Source: Tetramitus jugosus (lineage: Eukaryota > Protista > Heterolobosea). From it: 64,000 nucleotides of DNA. The first letter of the stretch is position 1. Each line of letters begins with the position of its first letter. Below, in pieces: positions 45,757 to 56,227 of this stretch. Location of the stretch: assembly GCA_937625935.1 (NCBI GenBank), contig OW569361.1, forward strand, positions 248,001-312,000, read 5' to 3'. The translations under genes were made by a program, and so were the position numbers. Below the pieces are notes generated by a model. The model had not been told where the DNA came from and searched no databases. It saw only the letters and a program-made list of their open reading frames with translations.

Positions 45757-48168
45757 ATGACTCGCATGCGGTATCACTCCTTTCCCCATCATGAGAGGAA
45801 ACAAAAGATGATACGTTCACTTTCTATCCTTCTCTTGATTGCCCTCCATTGCCTACTTACAACAACTTCCCATCATCCTTATCGATGGCTTGTTCGCGCA
45901 CAAGACACAACAACAACCATACTATTATCAACACCACCACCACCACCACCACCATCGTCATCACAATCATCGTCATCCTTATCAGATAATCTGAGAGCCA
46001 CCACCATCAGAAGGCGGAATATGACATCAGTCATACACTCTGACAAATCAAATAATCATCCATCTCGTCTCGAAAACAATGAACAACAAGCTATGATGGA
46101 TAATAATGATGACGATGACAACAGGTCAACAATAACAACAACAATGATGATGAAAAAAGAGCAAGCAATCAATCGAATCACTGCTGATATTCATGATGCA
46201 GATGAGTATGGATCGACGACGACTATTGGTGGTGGTGGTGATGATGATGATGAAAGTGATGATTCCTATTTGATCAACATTGGTGATGACAGTGATTTTG
46301 CAAGGTCCTTGTTCCTTGTTCATGGCATACCAGTCAATATTACCAACATTTACAGAGGAAAATGGACTGGTTTCATCTCTGATTCCAACTATCAACAACA
46401 ACATGAACAACAACAGAAACAACGACTCAGTTATCAATTATTGCAGAAAATTAATTTATTTGATCGGAGAAGCAAGGATGATCACACGAGTAGTAGCACG
46501 AGTAGTAGTAGTAGTAGTAGTCGTCGTACGAATGAGAATGAGACTGCTGATGATCATGGAGTAAAACAGCAAAAACAGCAACAGCAACAACAACAACAAA
46601 TAGTGAATCAAAATATGAAACAAATGAATGGAGAATTGTCAATGAAGCTCAAGAGCTCAGAAACCGTTCTAAAGGAGTTCATGTTCATGACTGGTGATGT
46701 TCACTTGAGACAAGGTCACTATTTACATGATCGATATCGTCAATTGGTGCTCGATGGTGTCTACAATATTTATACCAATGTCATGTATTTTTATTTGAGG
46801 CCTCCTCATTTGTTGCATGTGAAACTGCAGGGAACGAGAGCACTGTTCAATGACACGGGTGCTCAATTGGCATATGAATTGACGAGTTATCATCACAGTG
46901 AGGCAAGGAAGAATGAAATGAAGGAATCGCAATCAGCGAAGATGGACCTTGACAATAGTTGCATTTTCAAGGGTCTTTTGCAAGTGAAAAAAATGGCTGA
47001 CATGAGAGAACAGGAAGAACAATATCGTAGCTTTACTCTGTTGTCTGAAGAAGACAAATTGCGGAGGAGCATATTCCTGAGTATGAAGGGTCAGTTGATT
47101 GGATTGAATTGCAATAGCACGATACAAATATCAGAGTCTACATACTCTGTTGAAAAGTTCTTTGATAAGGCAATATCGTACTCTGTGATTGCTAATATAG
47201 TTATTTTCGTGCAGGTGTTGGCTCTGATCTTTCAAATGAACTTTACGAACACTCAATCGAGTGCTGCACGTGTCTCTCCATTCATGGTGGCTCAACAAGC
47301 AATGATCGACTCTTACTATACACTGCTGCACTTGACGATTGGAATATTTATTGAAGGAGTGTTTGACTCATTTACTGTGACAACATTTCTCAGTTTCATA
47401 TTGTTCTCCATATTCGAAATGAGATATTTGCTTGCAGTGTGGAAGGCTACGAGACCAGAAACCTTTAGAAGCGGATGGGCAATGATGCGTCAAGAGTTAC
47501 AAAGACTCTACTTTAGATTCTACGGCTTTGTTTTTGGAGGTTTATTAATCGTGTATCATTATCCTCCACTATTCAAGTATGCAATGTTTGTGCTCTACTC
47601 ATTCTGGATACCACAAATATTCACGAATGTTGTGAGAATCTCAAAGACCTCTGTTCATCCAGTCTATGTGGCAGTAGTGAGTATCACCCGGCTGGTTCTA
47701 CCGTCCTACTTTCTACTCTGTCCTAGCAATTTTGCTGCTGTTCAAAATCAACCAGCTCTATTTATGTGGTTAGGTCTATGGGTTGCGGTACAGGCCGCAG
47801 TACTAATCATGCAACATATTTATGGTCCTCGATGGTTCATACCACGCTTGTTCGAGGCAAAGAAGTACAACTACTATCGATCAATACCGCAGGAGCTAAC
47901 AGGAGAGGGAGAGGTAACTTGTGTGATCTGTATGCATCCAATTATCATTGATAAGTCCAATGCAATAGAAATGGAGGATACAGAATTGACTCAGGCTGCT
48001 GACTCAGGTCATATTACTCTCTCAACTCGCACTCTCACTATCGATGAGGGTGATGAACCAGTGGTTACTCAGTGTTCCCATGTATTCCATGAAGCATGTC
48101 TGCGTCGTTGGATGGCATACAGTTCCATTTGTCCCACATGCAGGGCACCCTTGGACGATGGATTGTAG
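45757..48168 (+). CDS. TUL1: Transmembrane RING-H2 E3 ligase TUL1/Dsc1/FLY1-like
   Basis: Signal peptide, lumenal domain, about 7 TMs (FSIFEMRYL; SFWIPQI; GPRWFIP) and a RING-H2 (CVICM...CSHVFHEACLRRW...CPTCR). Confidence 0.9.
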   Translation: MTRMRYHSFPHHERKQKMIRSLSILLLIALHCLLTTTSHHPYRWLVRAQDTTTTILLSTPPPPPPPSSSQSSSSLSDNLRATTIRRRNMTSVIHSDKSNNHPSRLENNEQQAMMDNNDDDDNRSTITTTMMMKKEQAINRITADIHDADEYGSTTTIGGGGDDDDESDDSYLINIGDDSDFARSLFLVHGIPVNITNIYRGKWTGFISDSNYQQQHEQQQKQRLSYQLLQKINLFDRRSKDDHTSSSTSSSSSSSRRTNENETADDHGVKQQKQQQQQQQQIVNQNMKQMNGELSMKLKSSETVLKEFMFMTGDVHLRQGHYLHDRYRQLVLDGVYNIYTNVMYFYLRPPHLLHVKLQGTRALFNDTGAQLAYELTSYHHSEARKNEMKESQSAKMDLDNSCIFKGLLQVKKMADMREQEEQYRSFTLLSEEDKLRRSIFLSMKGQLIGLNCNSTIQISESTYSVEKFFDKAISYSVIANIVIFVQVLALIFQMNFTNTQSSAARVSPFMVAQQAMIDSYYTLLHLTIGIFIEGVFDSFTVTTFLSFILFSIFEMRYLLAVWKATRPETFRSGWAMMRQELQRLYFRFYGFVFGGLLIVYHYPPLFKYAMFVLYSFWIPQIFTNVVRISKTSVHPVYVAVVSITRLVLPSYFLLCPSNFAAVQNQPALFMWLGLWVAVQAAVLIMQHIYGPRWFIPRLFEAKKYNYYRSIPQELTGEGEVTCVICMHPIIIDKSNAIEMEDTELTQAADSGHITLSTRTLTIDEGDEPVVTQCSHVFHEACLRRWMAYSSICPTCRAPLDDGL

Positions 48169-48770
48169 TCCTCTTGCTCACTCACTGGTATGTTAATAGC
48201 TTCCTACGTTCAATAGTGAGGGTACTTCGGTTGCTCTTGACTCCTGGTCAGAAGATCCGAATCGTTGTTGTTTCACTCAAGTTTCAACACCTTCATCGAA
48301 CGTAGGTAAATCTGACTTGCATCACATTCAATAAATATGATAGAGACTTAGGAGGCACTGTCAGAATGATTTGTACTTCTTTCTTATCTACCTTGTACCC
48401 TTCTTCCATCATTCCACTCAGTAAATCTCACAACGCAACGCTTCACAAAGAACTTTACAATAAAAAATACAACCAATTCCTTTATTCTTTCCTTGACAAA
48501 ACCGACAAAGTGCTGTCTCCACTGCCCTTCGACAAGAAAAAACCTTGCAACATTGAAGGGAACTGCGTGTTGGTTTGTTTTCGTGCCCTGCGGCATGTGC
48601 TTGCTAATGTTGCTATTGGAGTGGAAGATGGTTTGGAATTTGTGGATTGAAGATGATCAACAACCACGAATTGTACCCACTACGGTAGCGAACACTTCTC
48701 TTTTCAACCTTCATGCAACATACATAGAGCCGTATCTGTACTTCCTATCTCACGACCATTCTCTCCAAAC

Positions 48771-49505
48771 TCAGAATAGAACAAGCAACGAAGGATATCG
48801 TTGACATGCACGTACAATGTCATCTCTTTGAATCTTTCCATCACCTCTGGGATCTGCTTCGAACAACAACCAATCAACTCGCTTCTCAATTGCACTCCTG
48901 TCTAGTGGAATCTCGCATGCAACAAACAACTCGTTCATTCCTTCAATCATATCGTCACGAGTAATGTAATCCACACTTGAGTGAACATCTGTCGTGGTGG
49001 TGGTGCTCGTTGGTCTTGCATACACATCAAACACCATATCCACCAATTTTTCATAATTCAAGTGCTGAGCTGTCGTAATGCTCTGAAACACCAAAAAATC
49101 AATAAAACTCACTTTTCCATCATGATCCCTGTCCATGGCACGAAACAGAAAATCGTATTGGTGTTGTTGCTGTTGTGACGATGGTGCAAATGGTTGTTTC
49201 TGTTGTTGTGCACTCGAGTTGACAACCAATTCACTATCATTGAAAGCAATGGCAGCAAACTTGGGAAAGGACTCTCGAGTCATCTGAGAATCAGGGAACA
49301 TGTCCAGCCAAAACTTGTAATAACACTTGATTTCACCACTGGCAACTTTATCAAGAAGAAGAAGAAGAATGGTGAATACTACGAATGGATAACAGAGAAG
49401 ATACATGGATGTGTGATGGACTCCATCTGACATGCTGGTTTGTTACATACGTCCTGTTTCTCTCTTGTACTGGCGTATCTGGTCTCTTGACAAACTTCCA
49501 CCCAT
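48771..49505 (-). CDS. N-myristoylated EF-hand calcium sensor (NCS/frequenin-like) (2 exons)
   Basis: Exon 1 reads MGGSLSRDQIRQYKRETG (MGxxxS motif). Intron 49450-49346 ends in AAG. EF hands DRDHDGKVSFIDF and DPRGDGKIQRDD. Confidence 0.85.
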
Positions 49506-49584
49506 TTCTTTGTCAATCGTTGTTGGTTGGGAATTTGAGTTCTTTTGTTGTTGTTCTCTGGCAAAGAAAAATAAATATGTGAGA

Positions 49585-49660
49585 GCTCAGTGCTTCTTAG
49601 AGGTTAATGCTAGATATATTTCATTCATTTAACATTCAGGATTTAGCTTATCATCAGGGC
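49585..49660 (-). ncRNA. Box C/D snoRNA, U61/SNORD61-like (18S rRNA 2'-O-methylation guide)
   Basis: GC-CC-TGATGA (box C) ... CTGA (D') ... ATGAATGA (C'-like) ... CCTCTAAGAAGC-A-CTGA (box D)-GC. The guide is complementary to the conserved SSU rRNA segment (G/A)CUUCUUAGAGG. Confidence 0.75.
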
Positions 49661-50193
49661 AAACATGATTTAGTTGATTCATCTCCAAGCACACAAAGTT
49701 TTGGCAATGTCGAGCGGAAAATAAAAATGTGGTTTTCACACCACAGAAATGCAAAAACACACCAAACAGCCAGAGAATGAGGGTGCACGAAATGTTTATT
49801 CACACTCATCTCTCTCCTTTGGATCTATTTAACGACATTTGTTTCTCAATGTCGCACAATCGCCGAAGTCGAAATGTTCGTCATTAACAAAGAAGCTAAC
49901 CCTGATGGCCACGAAATACAACCGAGGTGAATCATCAGGTGCTGTCCAACATCATCAATAATGATGGATTATCTAGTAGATAGGTGATGCAAGAGGTCTT
50001 CCTCATTCATTCGAGCTCAGAGTTTGTTTCAATTGTAGGTGTGCGCGCAAAAGACAGCTTGTGATGGAAATGACACAAACGAGAATCATACAATTCAATT
50101 CAAGATGGGCAAAAAAATATATCATCATTTTCATCATCATCATCATCATTATTGATTCATTCAGTTCGTCCAATCAATCAAGACATAGTCCTC

Positions 50194-50664
50194 CTATCGT
50201 ATGAGAATATCAACAACATTGGCCAATGGATTCTGATATCGTTCATAAAACTCTGAAAATCCACAATCATTGCACGTAATCGTCACAAATTTGCGTGTTT
50301 GGATATTTAAAATCTTGGAGAGGAAACCACCACTCGTCAAGCTCTGACCCGTCGTGTAGCTCGTGCAACCACATTTGCAGCACTTGTATGAAAATTGGTT
50401 CATTGGAACGAGCTGTTGTTGTTTTTGTTGAGGAACAATCGACAGTACTCCACCTTTATTGCTCTGTGGAATGATCGCATTGGTCATGTTTTGCTGTTGT
50501 TGTGCAGTTTGGAGATGATGCAGCTGTTCTTCTGTATGGTGGTGATCATCATCGGATTGTAACAAAGAGTCAAAAGCTGTGTCAATAGAAGACGACTGTG
50601 ATCCGCCAGAGTGGATCGATCGGGCAGTGAGCGAGGGATGAGACGATACTTGTTGTTGGCTCAT
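50194..50664 (-). CDS. Gln/Ser-rich protein with a C-terminal prokaryote-type zinc ribbon (DUF2082/zinc_ribbon_13)
   Basis: YKCCKCGCTSYTTGQSLTSGGFLSKILNIQTRKFVTITCNDCGFSEFY...LANVVDIL matches the CxKCG...TGG.LSK.FD.Q..KF..V.C..C.Y.E.Y pattern. Confidence 0.8.
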   Translation of the reverse strand: MSQQQVSSHPSLTARSIHSGGSQSSSIDTAFDSLLQSDDDHHHTEEQLHHLQTAQQQQNMTNAIIPQSNKGGVLSIVPQQKQQQLVPMNQFSYKCCKCGCTSYTTGQSLTSGGFLSKILNIQTRKFVTITCNDCGFSEFYERYQNPLANVVDILIR

Positions 50665-50829
50665 CAGCAATGTTTGATAGTCGGATAATTTAGATGAAAG
50701 TTCATCGAGAAATGTGAAAGTTCAGGCAAGTCGGTCAACCAGGAGTCAACCAACAAAATTCATCAAAACACAATTCACGACAAAAAAAATCACAATAACA
50801 AACACATTATCGCCACAACTGTTTAGAAA

Positions 50830-51801
50830 ATGGTAAGTTGTCATAGTGCACAAATTTCATACACTTCACCGAGCAAATGAGATCTTTATATTTGTACAAC
50901 AATCACTCGCTTCGGTCTGCTCCATGTGAAAAAATGATGCTAACATGATTGTTTGTTTTTTTAGACTCGCGGACCAAAGAAGCACTTAAAGACTTTGAAC
51001 GCACCTAGCCACTGGATGTTGAGCAAGATGAGCGGAATCTTCGCTCCAATGCCAACCGCAGGTGCTCATCAATTGAGAGAATCCATCCCATTGATTTTGT
51101 TGATGAGAAACAGACTCAAGTACGCTTTGAACGGCAGAGAAGTCAAGACCATCTTGATGGAAAGATACGTCAAGGTTGACGGTCAAGTCAGAACCAACCC
51201 AAAGTTCCCAGCTGGTTTCAACGATGTTTTGTCCATCCAAAAGACCAACGAAAACTTCAGATTGTTGTATGACACCAAGGGTAGATTTGTTCTTCACCCA
51301 ATCAGCAAGGCTGAGGCTAAGTTCAAGCTCTGCAAGGTTACCTTGAAGGGTACTGGCTCCAACGGAACTCCATTCATCACAACAAATGACGGAAGAACCA
51401 TCAGATACCCAGATCCAATGATCAAGACCAACGATACCGTTAAGGTTAACTTCGAGTCTGGTGTTGTCACCAAGTTTGTTCACTTCGCTACTGGTAACTT
51501 GTGTACCATTACTGGAGGTCACAATACCGGAAGAATTGGTGAAATCATCCAAAGAGAGTCTCACCCTGGTTCATTCGAAATTGTCCATATCAGAGATGTT
51601 GCCGGACACACTTTCACCACCAGAGCATCCAACGTCTTCGTTGTTGGTCAAGGACACACCTCTTTGATCACCTTGCCAAAGGGCAGAGGTTTGAAGCTCT
51701 CCACTGTCGAAGACAGAAAGAGAAAGCTCCAAAAGCAAAAGCAAGAAAAGAAGGCTGGCAAGAAGAAGGCTGCTAAGAAGTCCAAGGTTGCTAGAAGATA
51801 A
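50830..51801 (+). CDS. RPS4: 40S ribosomal protein S4 (eS4), intron immediately after the ATG
   Basis: ATG, then intron 50833-50964, then [19 protein letters not shown]...RNRLKYAL...YDTKGRF. Strong codon bias and a Lys-rich C-terminal extension. Confidence 0.97.
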
Positions 51802-51879
51802 ACATTTTGTGTTAACATCATCAAACTAAACGAGTCATCCCTATAAAATCTATTTTACGAAAAGCAAAAATCAAAAACC

Positions 51880-52551
51880 ATGTCAATCATTCAACTGATC
51901 AATGTTGCCAACACGTGCAAACACCCACACATATCATCGAAGAAACTCAAATATTTGGCAGGCATTTGTTACAAATTGTTGCCTTTCCAAGACTGGGCAC
52001 TCTCGATCGAAGTATGCGATAATGAGACAATGAAGAAAGTGAACCGACAACAGAGAGGACTCAACAAGTCAACTGACATTTTGACCTTTCCTGCGAATGC
52101 ACCAACAGATGATAACCGGAGGAAGTCTCCCTTTCTGAACGTTCCCAACAGTCCTCTGATCAAGAGTCACACAGTTCGCAAAATGATCAATGAGACGAGC
52201 AGTGGAGCCATATCGATGGATAATGGTAATCAAGGAGTGATTCCGCACTATGGATCCATTATCATCAATGAACCATATGTATTGCAACATTGCAAGGAGA
52301 ATGATATTGACATGAATTACTATTTACCCATGCTACTCGTGCATGGTATGTGTCATGCGTTGCATTATGATCATGAAACCGATGAAGAGAGTGCTCGAAT
52401 GGAAGTTGTTGAGAGAACAATGTTACGACACTTGTACCTGACGATGGGATATGAACTTGCATCGAGCAGCAATAACGTGTGGGCCCGAATCCCCAAGGCA
52501 AGGAAGAACCTAGAGTCGTCTATCAATTGGAGTCAACTATTAAATCTCTGA
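51880..52551 (+). CDS. YBEY: YbeY rRNA maturation endoribonuclease
   Basis: NRQQRGLNKSTDILTFP and HGMCHALHYDH (H-3x-H-5x-H metal site). Confidence 0.9.
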   Translation: MSIIQLINVANTCKHPHISSKKLKYLAGICYKLLPFQDWALSIEVCDNETMKKVNRQQRGLNKSTDILTFPANAPTDDNRRKSPFLNVPNSPLIKSHTVRKMINETSSGAISMDNGNQGVIPHYGSIIINEPYVLQHCKENDIDMNYYLPMLLVHGMCHALHYDHETDEESARMEVVERTMLRHLYLTMGYELASSSNNVWARIPKARKNLESSINWSQLLNL

Positions 52552-52579
52552 AACAAAATGTATAGGACTGTTTGTTATT

Positions 52580-53914
52580 TTAATTCATCTTCTTGGCTTC
52601 CTTGATTCTCTTTCCCAGCTTGAAAATATAAATATTCATTGCCTTACTAAAGTTACGTGCCACATTGGTTACAAAGTCCAGATAAACAATCAAAGAAACG
52701 ATACAGCAGATTCTGAGCAGTAGAGCCTCTTCTACAATGGCTGATCCAACTGCCAATCGAATCAAAGAGTTCAGCAACTGAATGATCATGATACCAACGG
52801 TAAAGATGTTCTGGAATGAAAAGTATTGGAATGGTTGTATGGTGACTCTCGATATGTTAATCGTTGTCAAGTACATTCCAAATGCCAAACCTCCTGTTGA
52901 CACGAACCACATGGAGTCTCTCTGCCACAGAGTAGTCAATGGAGCAAGTGGATGTGGTTGAATAGAAGAGTGCTCAAATGGTATTGGGACCGAGTAGAAA
53001 TGGTTGAATGAGATCCAAATGAACCATGTGAGTGACATGACAGTCAATGGCAATAGATCAAACAAGGATCCAATAAAACTATTTCTCTTGTTTGGAGTTT
53101 GATCCTTGTTCTTAAAGTAGTGCCAGAAAATGGCAGCAATGCATCTACCAATTGATCCTAGACCATTGATAAACGCGAACGCAATCCAAGCAACACCATA
53201 GCTCAACTCAATGTTCAAAAAAGGCACAGTCACAACATTGTTCATAAAATAGTGAACAATCGTTGGATAGAGAATTGGATTGGTGATTTGATTCCATAGA
53301 CCGATAAAATACACACCCATAATGATCAATTGACCATCACATGCACCAATATATCCCATGAAAAAGTAGTCGGAATGATAGTGTTCCCAATGAGCCGAAT
53401 AGAACGAATACCACATGTTAATGTGCGTCAATGCAGACAAAATGGGATGATTGACTGCTGTTACACCTAGAATAGTCATGAGAGATTGTGCAAAAATTGT
53501 CATGCACAGTGCATCTACACCATGATCAAACAACTCACCCAGTGGAGAACTTGATTTTGTTCTTCTGGCCTGCTTTCCATCACATCCATCCAATGTCTGA
53601 TACAGGAACATGAGAACAGGAATCATTGCACAATAAGCGACATGATAGGGAACATCACAGTAGGGATAATTGAGCCAAACAAGTGCAAATGTGATCAACA
53701 TGAGAATGAAACCAGAGAATGTGACGACATTGGGTGCAATAGAGTCAGGGATCCACGAATAAGTAAACCAATTCCAAAACGGATTCAAAATATAGTGTTC
53801 ACTAATCGATTTGTTGTCAACAGAAAAGACATAGTGTCCCTCTGAGAGATAGGTGCGCCCATTTTGATCAACATAGAGATTTGTGGGACTCAGTGTGGAA
53901 GTGTTCATCATCAT
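52580..53914 (-). CDS. CEPT1: Choline/ethanolamine phosphotransferase (CDP-alcohol phosphotransferase)
   Basis: IAPNVVT, DGCDGKQARRTKSSSPLGELFDHGVD, WEHYH, multiple TMs and a KKxx end. Confidence 0.93.
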   Translation of the reverse strand: MMMNTSTLSPTNLYVDQNGRTYLSEGHYVFSVDNKSISEHYILNPFWNWFTYSWIPDSIAPNVVTFSGFILMLITFALVWLNYPYCDVPYHVAYCAMIPVLMFLYQTLDGCDGKQARRTKSSSPLGELFDHGVDALCMTIFAQSLMTILGVTAVNHPILSALTHINMWYSFYSAHWEHYHSDYFFMGYIGACDGQLIIMGVYFIGLWNQITNPILYPTIVHYFMNNVVTVPFLNIELSYGVAWIAFAFINGLGSIGRCIAAIFWHYFKNKDQTPNKRNSFIGSLFDLLPLTVMSLTWFIWISFNHFYSVPIPFEHSSIQPHPLAPLTTLWQRDSMWFVSTGGLAFGMYLTTINISRVTIQPFQYFSFQNIFTVGIMIIQLLNSLIRLAVGSAIVEEALLLRICCIVSLIVYLDFVTNVARNFSKAMNIYIFKLGKRIKEAKKMN

Positions 53915-54231
53915 TTTGATGATCTTTTATAGATGTTCTTGTTCTTGTTTTGTTGTCTTATGTTGTTGTGCGCACGAAGAGTCCTTTACTCCTTTGAACC
54001 CTCATCACAGCCACGAGAGTCCGGTGTGAAAAAGGGGTTTTACTATTGCCGCGCAAAAAAAGTGAAAATTCCCCTGGTTCACGAAGCTCGTGGAACAAAA
54101 ACTGTATTTTGCCGCTAGCGAGCAACAAGCCAGATTGGAATGTGTTTAATTGCAGAACAACTCTGCACATTGAAAAAGACCTGAAAATCAATCGTCCATC
54201 TCACAACAAACACCTCACAACACACATATAG

Positions 54232-56160
54232 ATGACATCCGATCACCATCATCACCATCACAACCATAACATTATTGGACAATGGTTATCGTTTCCTACG
54301 TGTCCTCCCATTGTTCATTCGCACACGTTTCAGGCGCCATCTACCTTTGTTCTCTCGTCCATCAATTGCCTAACATCCATTGTAATTACCTTTTTGATCA
54401 TATTGTGTTACAACACGGTTCAATTGCCATTTGTGAAGAAACGAGTGAGATCAAGAACCATTAGCAACAATGTGTGGATACTGTACTATGCATGCACAAT
54501 TGCGTTTACGTTGGTAAGCTGTATTCGTTATGCGAGACCATTGTGGATGTATTCTTCTGACAAGGGCAGCAGCAATAAGAGTGCGATCGATTTCGCTCTG
54601 TTGACAAATGGTCAGTCAAGTGAGTATAATACTGCTGCTGCTGAAGAAGAAGAAGAAGAATATTATTATTACTTGTTTGCTATGGATATTATTGCCTTTC
54701 TATTGCAATCGTTGCACATTTTCCTGTTGGCTATTGCGTTGAATTATCAGAGATTGAATCGGTCGGGTCATGCCTCACAAGTCGTATCAATGATGGACGA
54801 AGAGGAGAAGAAGAAGGCAGAGGAGAGAACTTGGTATGGCAGCGGCACGGAAGATGATCTAGATGTGAACGATATTGACGATATTGATGATATTGAGGAT
54901 GAATATGGAAATAGTAGCAGTGGAATACACAGAGTATTTTCTCATGTTTCTCCAGCTTATGTCTACAGAGACTATTCGTACAATAATGGAGGAGATGCGT
55001 CATCATCGGTCATGCCTATTAACAACGATCAAGTTTATCACAAGAGCAACGCATCGATGAACAGTAATCTCTTGGACAGCAGACAAGCAAACCTATTCAG
55101 TCATAAAACGACAACACTGGCAAACCAAGGAAAAACGAATTATCAGACCAATGGTGCAAATCGAGTTAATATTTCATCCTTGACCACATCAACAAATAAC
55201 AACGACAGTGCAGAATATGGTGATGGCAATGACGATGACCTTTATGATAATAACAGCGATGCTGATCGTGTTGGTATGGACAACCAATTTAACAAGTGGA
55301 AGAAAAATTTTAAGAATTATCAGGCACAACTAGCCCCACATGGACACTATTTGACAAATGAATATTATTTCCAATCTGATGAAAATGAAGTGTCAGAACT
55401 TCATTTGATGCTGAGAAGGTCTTTGGCAGAGAAGAGAAGAGAGCAAAGAAGATTGAACAGGAAGTCCTTTGTTGTCAGATTTTTAATACGATCATATCGG
55501 AAAGGAAAGCAATATGTGTCTTGGTTAATTTCTTCCTTCAACTTTGTTCCAGTGATCATATTTATGTTTGAATTGCTGGGAATTTTTGTCACAGCTGCAT
55601 CGAGGTTTGTATCATTTATGGTTTGGTTGTCTTTTAACGAAGTTTAACAAAGTTTTTCTCATGTTTCTGTGTGTAGTATTGTGGGCAGTTATCATGATAT
55701 CATTAGTTGGACACTACTGGGATTGTTTCTACTCCAACAATTTCCAATATTCATTACATCAACTACAATACTCTTCTCTAAGAGAGTAGCCGAAGAGGGG
55801 TTAGAGGTGGGTCCTACGATTTTTGCCCGTTTGGTACTGGGGTTGTCATTATTGTTTGGCCTTCCAAATGCTTTTCCCTTGACGTATTGGTTTTTATTTG
55901 TGCATGGTACGAGCGTTTCTAGTGAATGTATCATGTATGTTGCTAGTTTATTTGACGTAGTTGTATTTTGTTCCTTTGTCCATCACTTGTTGCTCTTCAT
56001 ATTTGTACGGTTGGAGTATAAACGGAATCAAGAAGCTGCCATGCTTGCGGCGATGCAGCGGACTCAGGTATGTATATCTTTAGTCCTTTTGTGTCATCTG
56101 TATTCTAACTGTGATGTATAGGGCGTGTTTGATGTGCGGTTTGAGTATGGAACATACTAG
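54232..56160 (+). CDS. Orphan seven-transmembrane protein with a large Asn/Asp-rich loop between TM3 and TM4 (3 exons)
   Basis: Seven hydrophobic segments after splicing introns 55605-55676 and 56068-56121; last exon GVFDVRFEYGTY*. Confidence 0.7.
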
Positions 56161-56227
56161 GGAGAAACGACACGAATAAGGATTACAAGAAAGAGGAATA
56201 AATATTTATTGCGATTGTTGTCAGTGC

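Noticed and set aside
48170-48770. Several overlapping 60-100 aa ORFs between TUL1 and the NCS gene
   Set aside because: No motif, and no consistent exon chain could be built.
50833-50964. RPS4 intron as a snoRNA host
   Set aside because: Only weak complementarity (GAGCA/TGCTC) and no convincing C/D or H/ACA box arrangement.
50986-51564. 192-aa antisense ORF over RPS4
   Set aside because: Shadow ORF caused by the strong codon bias of a highly expressed gene.
52580-52600. Possible selenoprotein I-type Sec at the CEPT C-terminus
   Set aside because: The gene ends in TAA after KKMN, with no in-frame TGA and no space for a SECIS.
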